This document shows positions 26,891 through 34,866 of a DNA stretch of 64,000 bases, piece after piece; the stretch's first letter is position 1; each line of letters starts with the position of its first letter. The notes under the pieces are model-generated. The model made no database searches. It was not told where the DNA came from and saw nothing but the letters and a program-made list of their open reading frames with translations. Source of the DNA: Nitrospinota bacterium (GTDB lineage: Bacteria; Nitrospinota_A; UBA7883; JACRGQ01); assembly GCA_016217735.1 (NCBI GenBank), contig JACRGQ010000052.1, positions 1,838 to 65,837 of the forward strand, in the 5' to 3' direction. The position numbers and the translations under genes are program-made.

Positions 26891-29044
26891 ATGGCATCCA
26901 CTGGCAAGCGAAAAGCCGCCGGTAAAAACAGCGTGCGCGCCGCTCCCCGTGTATCCCAAAAAGCCGCTCCATCCAAACCGGCCAAAAAACCGGCGGCGTC
27001 CCAAAAACGGTTGAAAGACAAAGACGGGAATATTCCTCCCGCATTGGACACAACTGGCGCGATATACGCCATCGGCGGCGTGGGCGCCGAAATTACCGGC
27101 ATTAAAAAGACGGAAGAACTCCTGCGGACGCACCAGGCCGAACTGGAAATGCAGAGCGAGGATCTGCGCCAAACGCGGGAGGATCTGGAAGTTTCCCGCG
27201 CCAAGTATTACGATCTCTATAACCTTGCGCCGGTCGGCTATTTCACCATCAGCGGGCGGGGTTTGATCGCTGAAGCGAACTTCACGGCCGCCTCTTTGCT
27301 TGGCATGGAAAAAAACCTCCTGATCAGGCAACCGTTCACGCGATTTATCGCCGCCGAGCATCAGGATAGATACTACTTGTCCCACAAAGAACTCCATGAA
27401 ACAGGCAAATCCCAGTCGTGCGAGTTGAGGATTGCGCGCCAGAACGGCGTTCCATTCTGGGCGCGTTTGGAAGCGGCGGCCGCCGTGGATGCTGAAAGCG
27501 GAGCGCCCGTGTGCCATGTCGCGATGATCGACATAACCGAACGGGTGTACGCCGAAGTGCGGATGCGGCTGCTGCAAAGCGCCATGGATCAGGCGGATGA
27601 AACGGTTATTATCACCGACCCCGATGGCGCCATCGAATACGCCAATGCCGCAGCCGAAAAAAAGTCCGGTTACCCCCTAAACGCCCTGCTGGGAAAACCC
27701 CCCCGGATATTCAAAAGCGGTATTCACGATGCGGCCTTCTATGAACGTCTGTGGCGCACCATCAAATCCGGCCACATCTGGAGGGGGAACATCATCAACC
27801 GGCGGGCCGACGGCTCCCATTACGAGGAAGAAGTCACCATCAGCCCGGTGCTGGGGGACGGTGGCGTGATTACCCATTTCATCGCCATCCGCCATGACAT
27901 CACCGAGCAAAAGATGCTGCGTCAGCAGCTCATCCACGCCGAAAAACTCTCCTCCATCGGCACCTTCGTGGCCGGTGTGGCGCACGAGTTGAACAACCCG
28001 CTTACCGCCGTTATCGGTTTTTCCAACGACCTCCGGCAGCGCACCGACCTGCCCGAAGATTTGCGGCACACCCTTGGCGTTATCGCCGATCAGTCGAAGC
28101 GGGCGGTGGGGGTGGTGAAAAACCTGCTCTCCTATTCGCGCCCCCACAAGGTGGAGCGGCGCACGCTGGATATCAACAAACTGCTGGAAAACACCGTCGG
28201 CATCCACCGCTACCGGCTGTCGGCCGACAACATCCCCGTGGAAACGGCGTTCGCTTCCGATCCTTTGCCGGTTTACGCGGACGCCGGACAGGTTCAGCAA
28301 GTGGTGGTGAACATCTTGCTCAACGCCCAGGCCGCCATCAAATCGGCCGGCGCTGACGGCGTTATCCGCATCGCCACCCGGCGGGAGAGCAAGTGGATGG
28401 AAGATATGGCGGTCATCACCATCAGCAACAGCGGCCCTCCGATCCCCATTAAAGATATTGACCGGATATTCGTCCCCTATTTCACCACCAAGGGGGCGGG
28501 GGAGGGAACCGGATTGGGGCTTTACGTCGCTTATAATATCGTGAAAGATCATCAAGGGGAACTGCGGGCCGAAAACCTGCCGGGGGGCGGAGTGGCGTTC
28601 CACATCACCTTTCCCGCCAGCGCGGAAAAACGTGCCGCCACCGCGCCCGTTTCCCAAAACGGCAAAATCACCCCCGGCATTAAAGTGCTGGTGGTGGACG
28701 ACGAAGCGCCGGTGCGGGATTGGCTCACCGGCATGTTGCTGCGGCATAGAGTATTCGCCGTGGGGGCTGGGAGCGTCAGGGAAGCCATTGAGTATTTGCA
28801 AAATGGCAGTTTCGACGCCATTGTTTCGGACTACAAAATGCCGGAGAAAGATGGTATTGATTTATACGGCTGGTTGGCGGAACAGCGGCCGGAGACGGCA
28901 AAGCATTTTATGTTCCTGACCGGGGCGGTGGAACCCCGGCTGATAGAATTTTGTGAAGGCCAAAACCTGGCCGCATTGATAAAACCGGTGGGCGAAGAGG
29001 CGATCATCGCCGCCATCGCGCAAATGCTCGCGAAAGAAGGATAA
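26891..29044 (+). CDS. Cytoplasmic hybrid sensor histidine kinase HK3: basic Lys/Ala/Pro-rich N-tail-2xPAS-HisKA-HATPase-receiver (intact)
   Basis: No TM segment. The N-terminal tail is histone-H1-like (KAAPSKPAKKPAASQKRLK). H-box AHELNNPL. The REC domain carries the acidic pocket VVDDE and D in IVSDYKMPEKDG. Confidence 0.8.
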   Translation: MASTGKRKAAGKNSVRAAPRVSQKAAPSKPAKKPAASQKRLKDKDGNIPPALDTTGAIYAIGGVGAEITGIKKTEELLRTHQAELEMQSEDLRQTREDLEVSRAKYYDLYNLAPVGYFTISGRGLIAEANFTAASLLGMEKNLLIRQPFTRFIAAEHQDRYYLSHKELHETGKSQSCELRIARQNGVPFWARLEAAAAVDAESGAPVCHVAMIDITERVYAEVRMRLLQSAMDQADETVIITDPDGAIEYANAAAEKKSGYPLNALLGKPPRIFKSGIHDAAFYERLWRTIKSGHIWRGNIINRRADGSHYEEEVTISPVLGDGGVITHFIAIRHDITEQKMLRQQLIHAEKLSSIGTFVAGVAHELNNPLTAVIGFSNDLRQRTDLPEDLRHTLGVIADQSKRAVGVVKNLLSYSRPHKVERRTLDINKLLENTVGIHRYRLSADNIPVETAFASDPLPVYADAGQVQQVVVNILLNAQAAIKSAGADGVIRIATRRESKWMEDMAVITISNSGPPIPIKDIDRIFVPYFTTKGAGEGTGLGLYVAYNIVKDHQGELRAENLPGGGVAFHITFPASAEKRAATAPVSQNGKITPGIKVLVVDDEAPVRDWLTGMLLRHRVFAVGAGSVREAIEYLQNGSFDAIVSDYKMPEKDGIDLYGWLAEQRPETAKHFMFLTGAVEPRLIEFCEGQNLAALIKPVGEEAIIAAIAQMLAKEG

Positions 29045-29049
29045 GCACC

Positions 29050-29952
29050 ATGGAACATGCAGCCCTTACGGTTCTTGTCGTGGACGACGATGAAGCGGCA
29101 CGCCTTTACCTCGCCATCGTCCTTCGCAAAAACGGCTTCGCCGTGCTGGAAGCGCCGGACGGGGCCGCGGCTATAAAGATCATGCGGGAGCGGGACAAGG
29201 AGATAGCCGCGGTGATCAGCGATATCCGCATGCCCAACATCGACGGGTTGAAGCTGGCCGAGCTGAACTACCAGAACGGCTTCCTGCCGTTTATTGCCTG
29301 TACGATGATCTCGGACGCGGCTGCGGCGCTTACGTTGCTCAAATTCGGCGTGCGCGACTATGTGGTGAAGCCGGTGGAGGAAACCGTGCTGGTGAACACG
29401 GTGCGCGACGCCATCGGGCGGCGCAATCTCCCCCGCCTGTTCGCCGACGACGAGACCCCCCTCCCCGGCAATATGGGGGTCATCACCATCTCGGCCCGCT
29501 TTGCCGCGGTACACCGTGCGCGCGGATGGCTGGAGTTGAAGGCAAGCGGCATCATGTCGCCGGTCGAGCAGCGTCAATTTCTCGCCTTTGCTTCGGAATT
29601 CCTGATGAATGCCTACGAGCACGGCAGCCTGATGCTCACGGAAGAGGAAAAATCGGCGTTGCTGGAAAGCGGGGGATACCACGATGAATTGCGCCGCCGG
29701 GAACTGGAGTGCAAAGCGAAGATAGAAGTGGCGGTCTCCATCGTGGGGAACGAGATCGCCATCAGCGTGACCGATCCCGGGTATGGATTCGATTATAAAC
29801 GGTATCAGGAGATGTCCGAGGCCGAAATGCTCGACCGCCTTATCATGCCGAACGGGCGCGGCATCCAGATGGCGATGCAGTACTTCGACAGCATCACCTT
29901 CAGCAAAGGCGGGGCGGGGGTGCTGCTCACAAAAAAGATGCCGAAAGGTTGA
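29050..29952 (+). CDS. Receiver domain fused to anti-sigma-factor-type GHKL Ser/Thr kinase-like domain (HATPase_c_2, RsbW/SpoIIAB-like)
   Basis: REC (VLVVDDDE...ISDIRMPNIDG). C-terminal N-box NAYEHG, G1 VTDPGYGF and G2 NGRGIQM. Confidence 0.7.
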   Translation: MEHAALTVLVVDDDEAARLYLAIVLRKNGFAVLEAPDGAAAIKIMRERDKEIAAVISDIRMPNIDGLKLAELNYQNGFLPFIACTMISDAAAALTLLKFGVRDYVVKPVEETVLVNTVRDAIGRRNLPRLFADDETPLPGNMGVITISARFAAVHRARGWLELKASGIMSPVEQRQFLAFASEFLMNAYEHGSLMLTEEEKSALLESGGYHDELRRRELECKAKIEVAVSIVGNEIAISVTDPGYGFDYKRYQEMSEAEMLDRLIMPNGRGIQMAMQYFDSITFSKGGAGVLLTKKMPKG

Positions 29953-29982
29953 TGGCGGCCGGAAACCACGTTTGTCATATCA

Positions 29983-30010
29983 TTGAACGCGGGAAGGGAA
30001 GATGTATAAT
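29983..30010 (+). promoter_or_regulatory. Near-consensus sigma70 promoter TTGAAC-N16-TATAAT
   Basis: Read directly from the sequence, about 60 nt upstream of the 30070 operon. Confidence 0.5.
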
Positions 30011-30069
30011 TTCGAAAGCGGCGGCACGGGCGTTTCCTCACTTCTTGAGCGTAAAGGATTCTGGCGGAC

Positions 30070-30486
30070 ATGGTTAAAAACAAACTCGTCGTTCATACTC
30101 ACCACATCGGCAGCCATTTCACCAATGGGCTAATGCCGGTTGCCGTGTTGTTGCTTACGCTCTATTTCATTACAGGCATCCAGAGTTTTGAAACCGCTTC
30201 ATTCTACTGCATCGTATTTGCCATGATCGCCAGTCCCCCGGTTTTCTTTAGCGGCCTTATCGACTGGCTCACGCGGTTTCAGGGGCGTTCGGCCAGCATT
30301 TTCAATCATAAGCGGCTGTTTGGCGTCCTTTTTATGCTAGTATCAATTCTGTTGGTGGTCTGGCGCCTCATGAGGCCGGAAGTGGCCGCGCCGGCAAGCG
30401 AATTGCGTTATGTTTACTTTGCGATGGTATGCGCCGATACGGGGTTTGTGGTGTATCTGGGCTATCTGGGAGGCAAGTTCATCTGA
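30070..30486 (+). CDS. Small 4-TM membrane protein (DUF2231-like)
   Basis: 138 aa with four hydrophobic helices. Translationally coupled (ATGA) to the ferritin-like gene. Confidence 0.5.
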   Translation: MVKNKLVVHTHHIGSHFTNGLMPVAVLLLTLYFITGIQSFETASFYCIVFAMIASPPVFFSGLIDWLTRFQGRSASIFNHKRLFGVLFMLVSILLVVWRLMRPEVAAPASELRYVYFAMVCADTGFVVYLGYLGGKFI

Positions 30487-30716
30487 TGTCGAGCGGGGAG
30501 CGCAAAGACCTGGAGCGAAAAATCGAGGCGCTGATTATCGCCATTCCGCGCGAGGCGGAATCGTATGACTTTTATCAGCAACTGGCCGGGGAATATCCCG
30601 ACCAGGCTTCGAAGGAAATGTTCACCTTCCTGGCCGGGCAGGAAAAAAAACATCAGGAGATGCTGGAGCGTATCTTGGCTGATCTTGAAAAAAAACTGGC
30701 AAAGTTGCCACGTTGA
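30486..30716 (+). CDS. Ferritin-like/rubrerythrin half-domain protein (single ExxH)
   Basis: 76 aa, helical, with ESYDFYQQLAGEY and EKKHQEMLE motifs. Too short to be a full diiron protein. Start at the internal ATG 30486. Confidence 0.45.
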   Translation: MSSGERKDLERKIEALIIAIPREAESYDFYQQLAGEYPDQASKEMFTFLAGQEKKHQEMLERILADLEKKLAKLPR

Positions 30717-30742
30717 CCGCGATGTGAAGAGGAGAGCACGGT

Positions 30743-30904
30743 ATGGCTAAATGGGTATGCACTATTTGCGGTTATGTTTATGATCCCGCCGCCGGCGATC
30801 CAGACAGCGGTATCGCTCCCGGCACCTCTTTTGAAGACATTCCCGGAGATTGGGTCTGTCCCGCCTGTGGCGTCGGCAAAAAAGACTTCAGCAAGGTCGG
30901 CTGA
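30743..30904 (+). CDS. Rubredoxin
   Basis: 53 aa, [15 protein letters not shown]...[13 protein letters not shown], with canonical CxxCG...CPxCG iron ligands. RBS GAGGAG upstream. Missed by the ORF track (under 60 aa), whose 30774 ORF is in the wrong frame. Confidence 0.85.
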   Translation: MAKWVCTICGYVYDPAAGDPDSGIAPGTSFEDIPGDWVCPACGVGKKDFSKVG

Positions 30905-30954
30905 TTCCCGATACGTTCAAGACGATCATACAAACAGGCGAAAGAGGGAAAATC

Positions 30955-31998
30955 ATGGCCGGCCCGGAGCAGGTGGATAAAAAGAAATTATCGATTCTCG
31001 TAGTTGACGATTTTCCCAACATGCGCAGGACGATAAAGAATATGCTCCACTCGCTGGGGTACATGAAGCTCACCGAAGCGGGGGATGGCGACGAGGCAAC
31101 CGAAACCATTGATCGGCTGCATACCACCCCCAGCCGGATACAGTTAGTCATCCTGGACTGGAACATGCCCCGCGTACACGGCATCGACGTGCTCCGTTTC
31201 ATACGAAACAGCCCGCGCCATATGCTCCATGTGTCGGTGTTGATGGTCACGGCCGAAAACTGGGCCGAGGAAATCATCGAGGCGGCGGAGGACAACGTGG
31301 ACGGCTACATCATCAAGCCGTTCGTGGCAAAAACGCTGGAATTGAAGATCAACCAGATTCTGGAGAAGCAATTCAAGCCGACCAAGCTGGAGCGGATATT
31401 CCGCGACGGGATCGTGCTGATGAACAAAAAGGAATTTGGCCAGGCCAAGGCGAAGTTCGAAGAACTTCTGGCCCAGAACGCCAACAGCCCCCGCTCGCTG
31501 CGGGAACTGGCCAAAATCGCCGCGCAGGATGGAGATAACAAAGCGGCCGAGGAGTACCTGAAAAAGGCGCTGGAGATCAACAAGGATTATACCAAGGCGA
31601 TGCAGGACCTCGGCGCGATCTACGCCAAAGAGGGGCGTGACGACGAGGGGATCAAGATGCTGGAAGGGGCGCTGAAACTGAGCCCGCGCAACGCCGACCG
31701 GCTGGCCCTTTTGGGGAACGTTTATTTCAAGAAGCAGCGCTATCAGGAGATTATCGATATGCTGGAAAAGGCCCGCCGCTACGGCCTTTCCATGATCCGC
31801 TACGACATCGATGTGCTGCTGGCCGCGGCCAACCTCGAAATGAAGAACGTGGCGCGCGCCAAGGAGATACTGTTGGGGGCCGTCGGCAACGCCGCGGATA
31901 AGGACAAAGTAAAAGAAGAGATAAAAAAGGCCATCGCCGCCGCCTCCATATCGGAGCCGGACAAGGAAGAACTCACCAAAGATATCGAATCGGCCTGA
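30955..31998 (+). CDS. CheY-like response regulator fused to TPR repeats
   Basis: REC (ILVVDDFP...ILDWNMPRVHG) followed by TPR-like repeats (AKFEELLAQNANSPRSLRELAKIAAQDGD...). Start at MAGPEQ with RBS AGAGGGA. Confidence 0.75.
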   Translation: MAGPEQVDKKKLSILVVDDFPNMRRTIKNMLHSLGYMKLTEAGDGDEATETIDRLHTTPSRIQLVILDWNMPRVHGIDVLRFIRNSPRHMLHVSVLMVTAENWAEEIIEAAEDNVDGYIIKPFVAKTLELKINQILEKQFKPTKLERIFRDGIVLMNKKEFGQAKAKFEELLAQNANSPRSLRELAKIAAQDGDNKAAEEYLKKALEINKDYTKAMQDLGAIYAKEGRDDEGIKMLEGALKLSPRNADRLALLGNVYFKKQRYQEIIDMLEKARRYGLSMIRYDIDVLLAAANLEMKNVARAKEILLGAVGNAADKDKVKEEIKKAIAAASISEPDKEELTKDIESA

Positions 31999-32019
31999 CC
32001 GCCGGGCTCGGCGGGCCTA

Positions 32020-33000
32020 TTAGGCCGGTTGCTCCATGAACGTTCCCATCCTGCGGAATTTCTCCCGCCGCTGTTTCACCACTTCGCCGGCCGAAAGGGT
32101 ATCCAACTCCGCCAGGTTGCGCCGCAGCGCGCGCCGCAGAATGTGCGCCGCCAGAATGGGGTCGCGGTGCGCGCCGCCGACCGGCTCGCGCACCACTTCG
32201 TCGACAAGGCCGTTGCCGTGCATATCCCACGAGGTGAGCGCCAGCGCTTCGGCCGCTTCTTCCACTTTGGTCTGGTCCTTCCAGAGGATCGCGGCGCACC
32301 CTTCGGGGGAGATCACCGAGTAGACCGAATTCTCCAGCATCAGCACGCGGTTGCCCACGCCCAGCGCCAATGCGCCGCCGGAGCCCCCTTCGCCGGTCAC
32401 CACACTGATGATCGGCACGGTGATCGAGGCCATTTCTTTCAGGTTGCGGGCTATCGCTTCCGCCTGTCCCCGCTCCTCCGCGCCGATGCCGGGGTAGGCT
32501 CCCGGCGTATCGAGCAGCGTCACGACCGGATGCTTGTATTTCTCCGCCAGATGCATGCAGCGCAGCGCCTTGCGGTACCCTTCGGGGTGCGGCATGCCGA
32601 AGTTGCGGTACATTTTTTCCTTCACATCCCGCCCCTTTTGGATGCCGATGAACATCACCGACCGTTCCTCCATCGTGCCGAAACCGGCCACGATCGAAGG
32701 TCCATCGCCGAATGCGCGGTCGCCGTGCAGTTCCAAAAAGTCCGGCGCGATCTCCTTTATGTAGTCAAGGGCATATGGCCGGGCGGGGTGGCGGGCCAGT
32801 TGGGTTCGCTGCCAGCGATTGAGTTTTGAAAAGGTATCGCGTTTGAGGGTGTTGAGCTTTTTGTGCATTTTCCTGATTTCGCTTGAGAAATCGGCGTCTT
32901 GCAGCTTGCTCAATGAACGCAGCTCGTCCAGTTTTGTTTCCAGTTCAAGGATTTTCCGTTCAAAGTCGAGAATCCCGACGTTCATGGATGGCTTCTTCAT
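32020..33000 (-). CDS. accA: Acetyl-CoA carboxylase carboxyltransferase subunit alpha
   Basis: 326 aa with the AccA core (MFIGIQKGR...LLDTPGAYPGIGAEERGQ...VVTGEGGSGGALA). Confidence 0.9.
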   Translation of the reverse strand: MKKPSMNVGILDFERKILELETKLDELRSLSKLQDADFSSEIRKMHKKLNTLKRDTFSKLNRWQRTQLARHPARPYALDYIKEIAPDFLELHGDRAFGDGPSIVAGFGTMEERSVMFIGIQKGRDVKEKMYRNFGMPHPEGYRKALRCMHLAEKYKHPVVTLLDTPGAYPGIGAEERGQAEAIARNLKEMASITVPIISVVTGEGGSGGALALGVGNRVLMLENSVYSVISPEGCAAILWKDQTKVEEAAEALALTSWDMHGNGLVDEVVREPVGGAHRDPILAAHILRRALRRNLAELDTLSAGEVVKQRREKFRRMGTFMEQPA

Positions 33001-33095
33001 CCGCGAATCATACCATAACCCGTATCGGTTTTTGAGGCAATTGAACCGCTGAAAATGCCCTTTACCCCGTATTTTTAATCTGCTCTAATTGGTCC

Positions 33096-33344
33096 ATGGA
33101 AAAGATCACGATGTATACCGCCGCATGGTGTGGGGATTGCCGGGCGGCAAAACGTTATCTCGGCGACAAGGGAATTCCCTTTGACGAAGTTGATATCGAA
33201 CGGCACCCGGAAGCGGTGCGGACGGTTGTCGCGGCGCGCGGTAAGCGGGTGCTGCCGACACTTGAATACAAGGGGAAATTCATCGACGGGAACCATTTTA
33301 ATGTGGATAAGTTTGCCAAAGACCTTGCGGAACTTCTTGGCTGA
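33096..33344 (+). CDS. Glutaredoxin-like protein (NrdH/Grx family, CGDC active site)
   Basis: 82 aa, ITMYTAAWCGDCRAAKRYL, thioredoxin fold. Confidence 0.7.
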   Translation: MEKITMYTAAWCGDCRAAKRYLGDKGIPFDEVDIERHPEAVRTVVAARGKRVLPTLEYKGKFIDGNHFNVDKFAKDLAELLG

Positions 33345-33701
33345 CGCCGATTCACCGATAAACACCCGTCAATAAAATAATACGGCCGTATCATTTTTTA
33401 ACTAACGGCGCCTATCTATGGCCACAGCCAATTGTCATAAACAGTTTTTGTAGTTTTTGTTATAGTGTTGTAAAATAAAGACGGTAAGTATTGATATGTG
33501 CCGCAACTACCCTTGTGATTTGGCATTTGGAGTCGATGGTATGTTGCTTGCTCATTAACCTCTTGCATGTGGCTTGGTACAGCGGGAAGCCGCTGATATA
33601 TCAGTTGATTTTCGATTAGGATATATGCTAGATTTCCGTGATACCTGTACAATAGGGACATGGTGCCGGGAACTCGACGCTAATGCTGTAGGGAGAGGGT
33701 T

Positions 33702-34640
33702 GTGAAGGATTTTTCCGCGTTTTGGAAAAGGTTCTTAGCCGAGAAGTACACGGTCATTCTGATGGCCGATCTTGCCGGCAAAATGAAGCGGTTTTCGATC
33801 CCGAAAAATATGGTGAAAATCGGCGCTGGCATCTTGGGCGTGGCGTTTCTCGGCTTTCTTTATGTGTCGTACAGCATGCTTTCCATGAATCTCCATTTGG
33901 ACGAAATCAACCAGCTTCGGGAAACGGCTGTGAGCCAAAAACAGGAGATCCAGCGGTTCGCCATGAGAGTGGAAGAATTTGAGAGCCAGATGTCCCGTCT
34001 GGAAAAATTCGATAAAAAACTTCGCATAATCACCGCGCTTGAAAACAACGAAAACCGCAACGGGAACTTCGGCGTGGGCGGCCCCGGCAATGCGGAAGAC
34101 TTCGGCAAGGCGGGTGAAAAGTATTCGCAGGGCCTGCTGAACCAGCTTGATGAAGACCTGCATCACCTCACGGGGCGCGCCAAGGGCCAGGAGGTGAGTT
34201 TCCACGAGCTTGACGCCTTTTTCAAAGACCAGTCTTCACTGCTGACCTCGACTCCCTCCATTTGGCCGACCAAGGGCTGGGTGACCAGCGGTTTTGGTTA
34301 CCGCGTTTCGCCCTTTACCGGTATGCGCGAAATGCACGAAGGGCTTGATATTGCCACCAACATGGATGCCCCGGTGGTTGCTCCCGCCAACGGCGTTGTG
34401 ATCAACGTCACACAGGACAACGGCTATGGCAACCTGCTTGAGGTCGATCACGGATACGGCATCGTTACCCGCTATGGGCACAACGCCAAAGTGCTGGTGC
34501 GCCGCGGTGATCGCGTAAAGCGCGGCCAGGTGATTGCCCGCGTCGGCAGCACCGGCCGCAGCACGGGCCCCCACAGCCACTACGAGGTGCAACTCCATGG
34601 CGTGCCGGTGAACCCGTACCGCTATATCCTGGTCGACTGA
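33702..34640 (+). CDS. M23 family metallopeptidase (murein DD-endopeptidase, EnvC/NlpD-like) with N-terminal TM and coiled coil
   Basis: GTG start after GGGAGAGGG. LytM signature HEGLDIA...HYEV(QLH) with GSTGRSTGPHSHYEV. Confidence 0.8.
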   Translation: MKDFSAFWKRFLAEKYTVILMADLAGKMKRFSIPKNMVKIGAGILGVAFLGFLYVSYSMLSMNLHLDEINQLRETAVSQKQEIQRFAMRVEEFESQMSRLEKFDKKLRIITALENNENRNGNFGVGGPGNAEDFGKAGEKYSQGLLNQLDEDLHHLTGRAKGQEVSFHELDAFFKDQSSLLTSTPSIWPTKGWVTSGFGYRVSPFTGMREMHEGLDIATNMDAPVVAPANGVVINVTQDNGYGNLLEVDHGYGIVTRYGHNAKVLVRRGDRVKRGQVIARVGSTGRSTGPHSHYEVQLHGVPVNPYRYILVD

Positions 34641-34821
34641 CCGCCGCTAACCACGCGTTATACGTCACTGTCGCCTGTCAGCGGTTCCGCTTGGATCGAT
34701 GAGGTTATGTGTGTCCCAAAAGCCGCCCAAGAGGTTGTTTTTCCCCCACTATGTCGTTCGGAGGGGAATTTCCATATTTACTTTAATCGGCTAATGTAAT
34801 ATAAAATACTGTCCTTAACGC

Positions 34822-34838
34822 TGGGAAAGTTGTGTGCA
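34822..34838 (+). promoter_or_regulatory. Possible sigma-54-type -24/-12 element (TGGGAA-N5-TGTGCA)
   Basis: GG-N10-GC spacing about 30 nt upstream of ATG 34867. Deviates from the TGGCAC-N5-TTGCW consensus. Confidence 0.2.
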
Positions 34839-34866
34839 TTGCGAAGAAAGAGGATATAAGCCTGTA

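Noticed and set aside
30774-30980. 68-aa ORF from the track overlapping the rubredoxin locus
   Set aside because: Wrong frame. The +1 shifted frame from 30743 encodes a canonical 53-aa rubredoxin with both CxxCG pairs.
32000-32016. CCGCCG-GGCT-CGGCGG hairpin between REC-TPR and accA as a terminator
   Set aside because: Short stem with no U-run. It may act as a weak bidirectional terminator, but the evidence is insufficient to call it.
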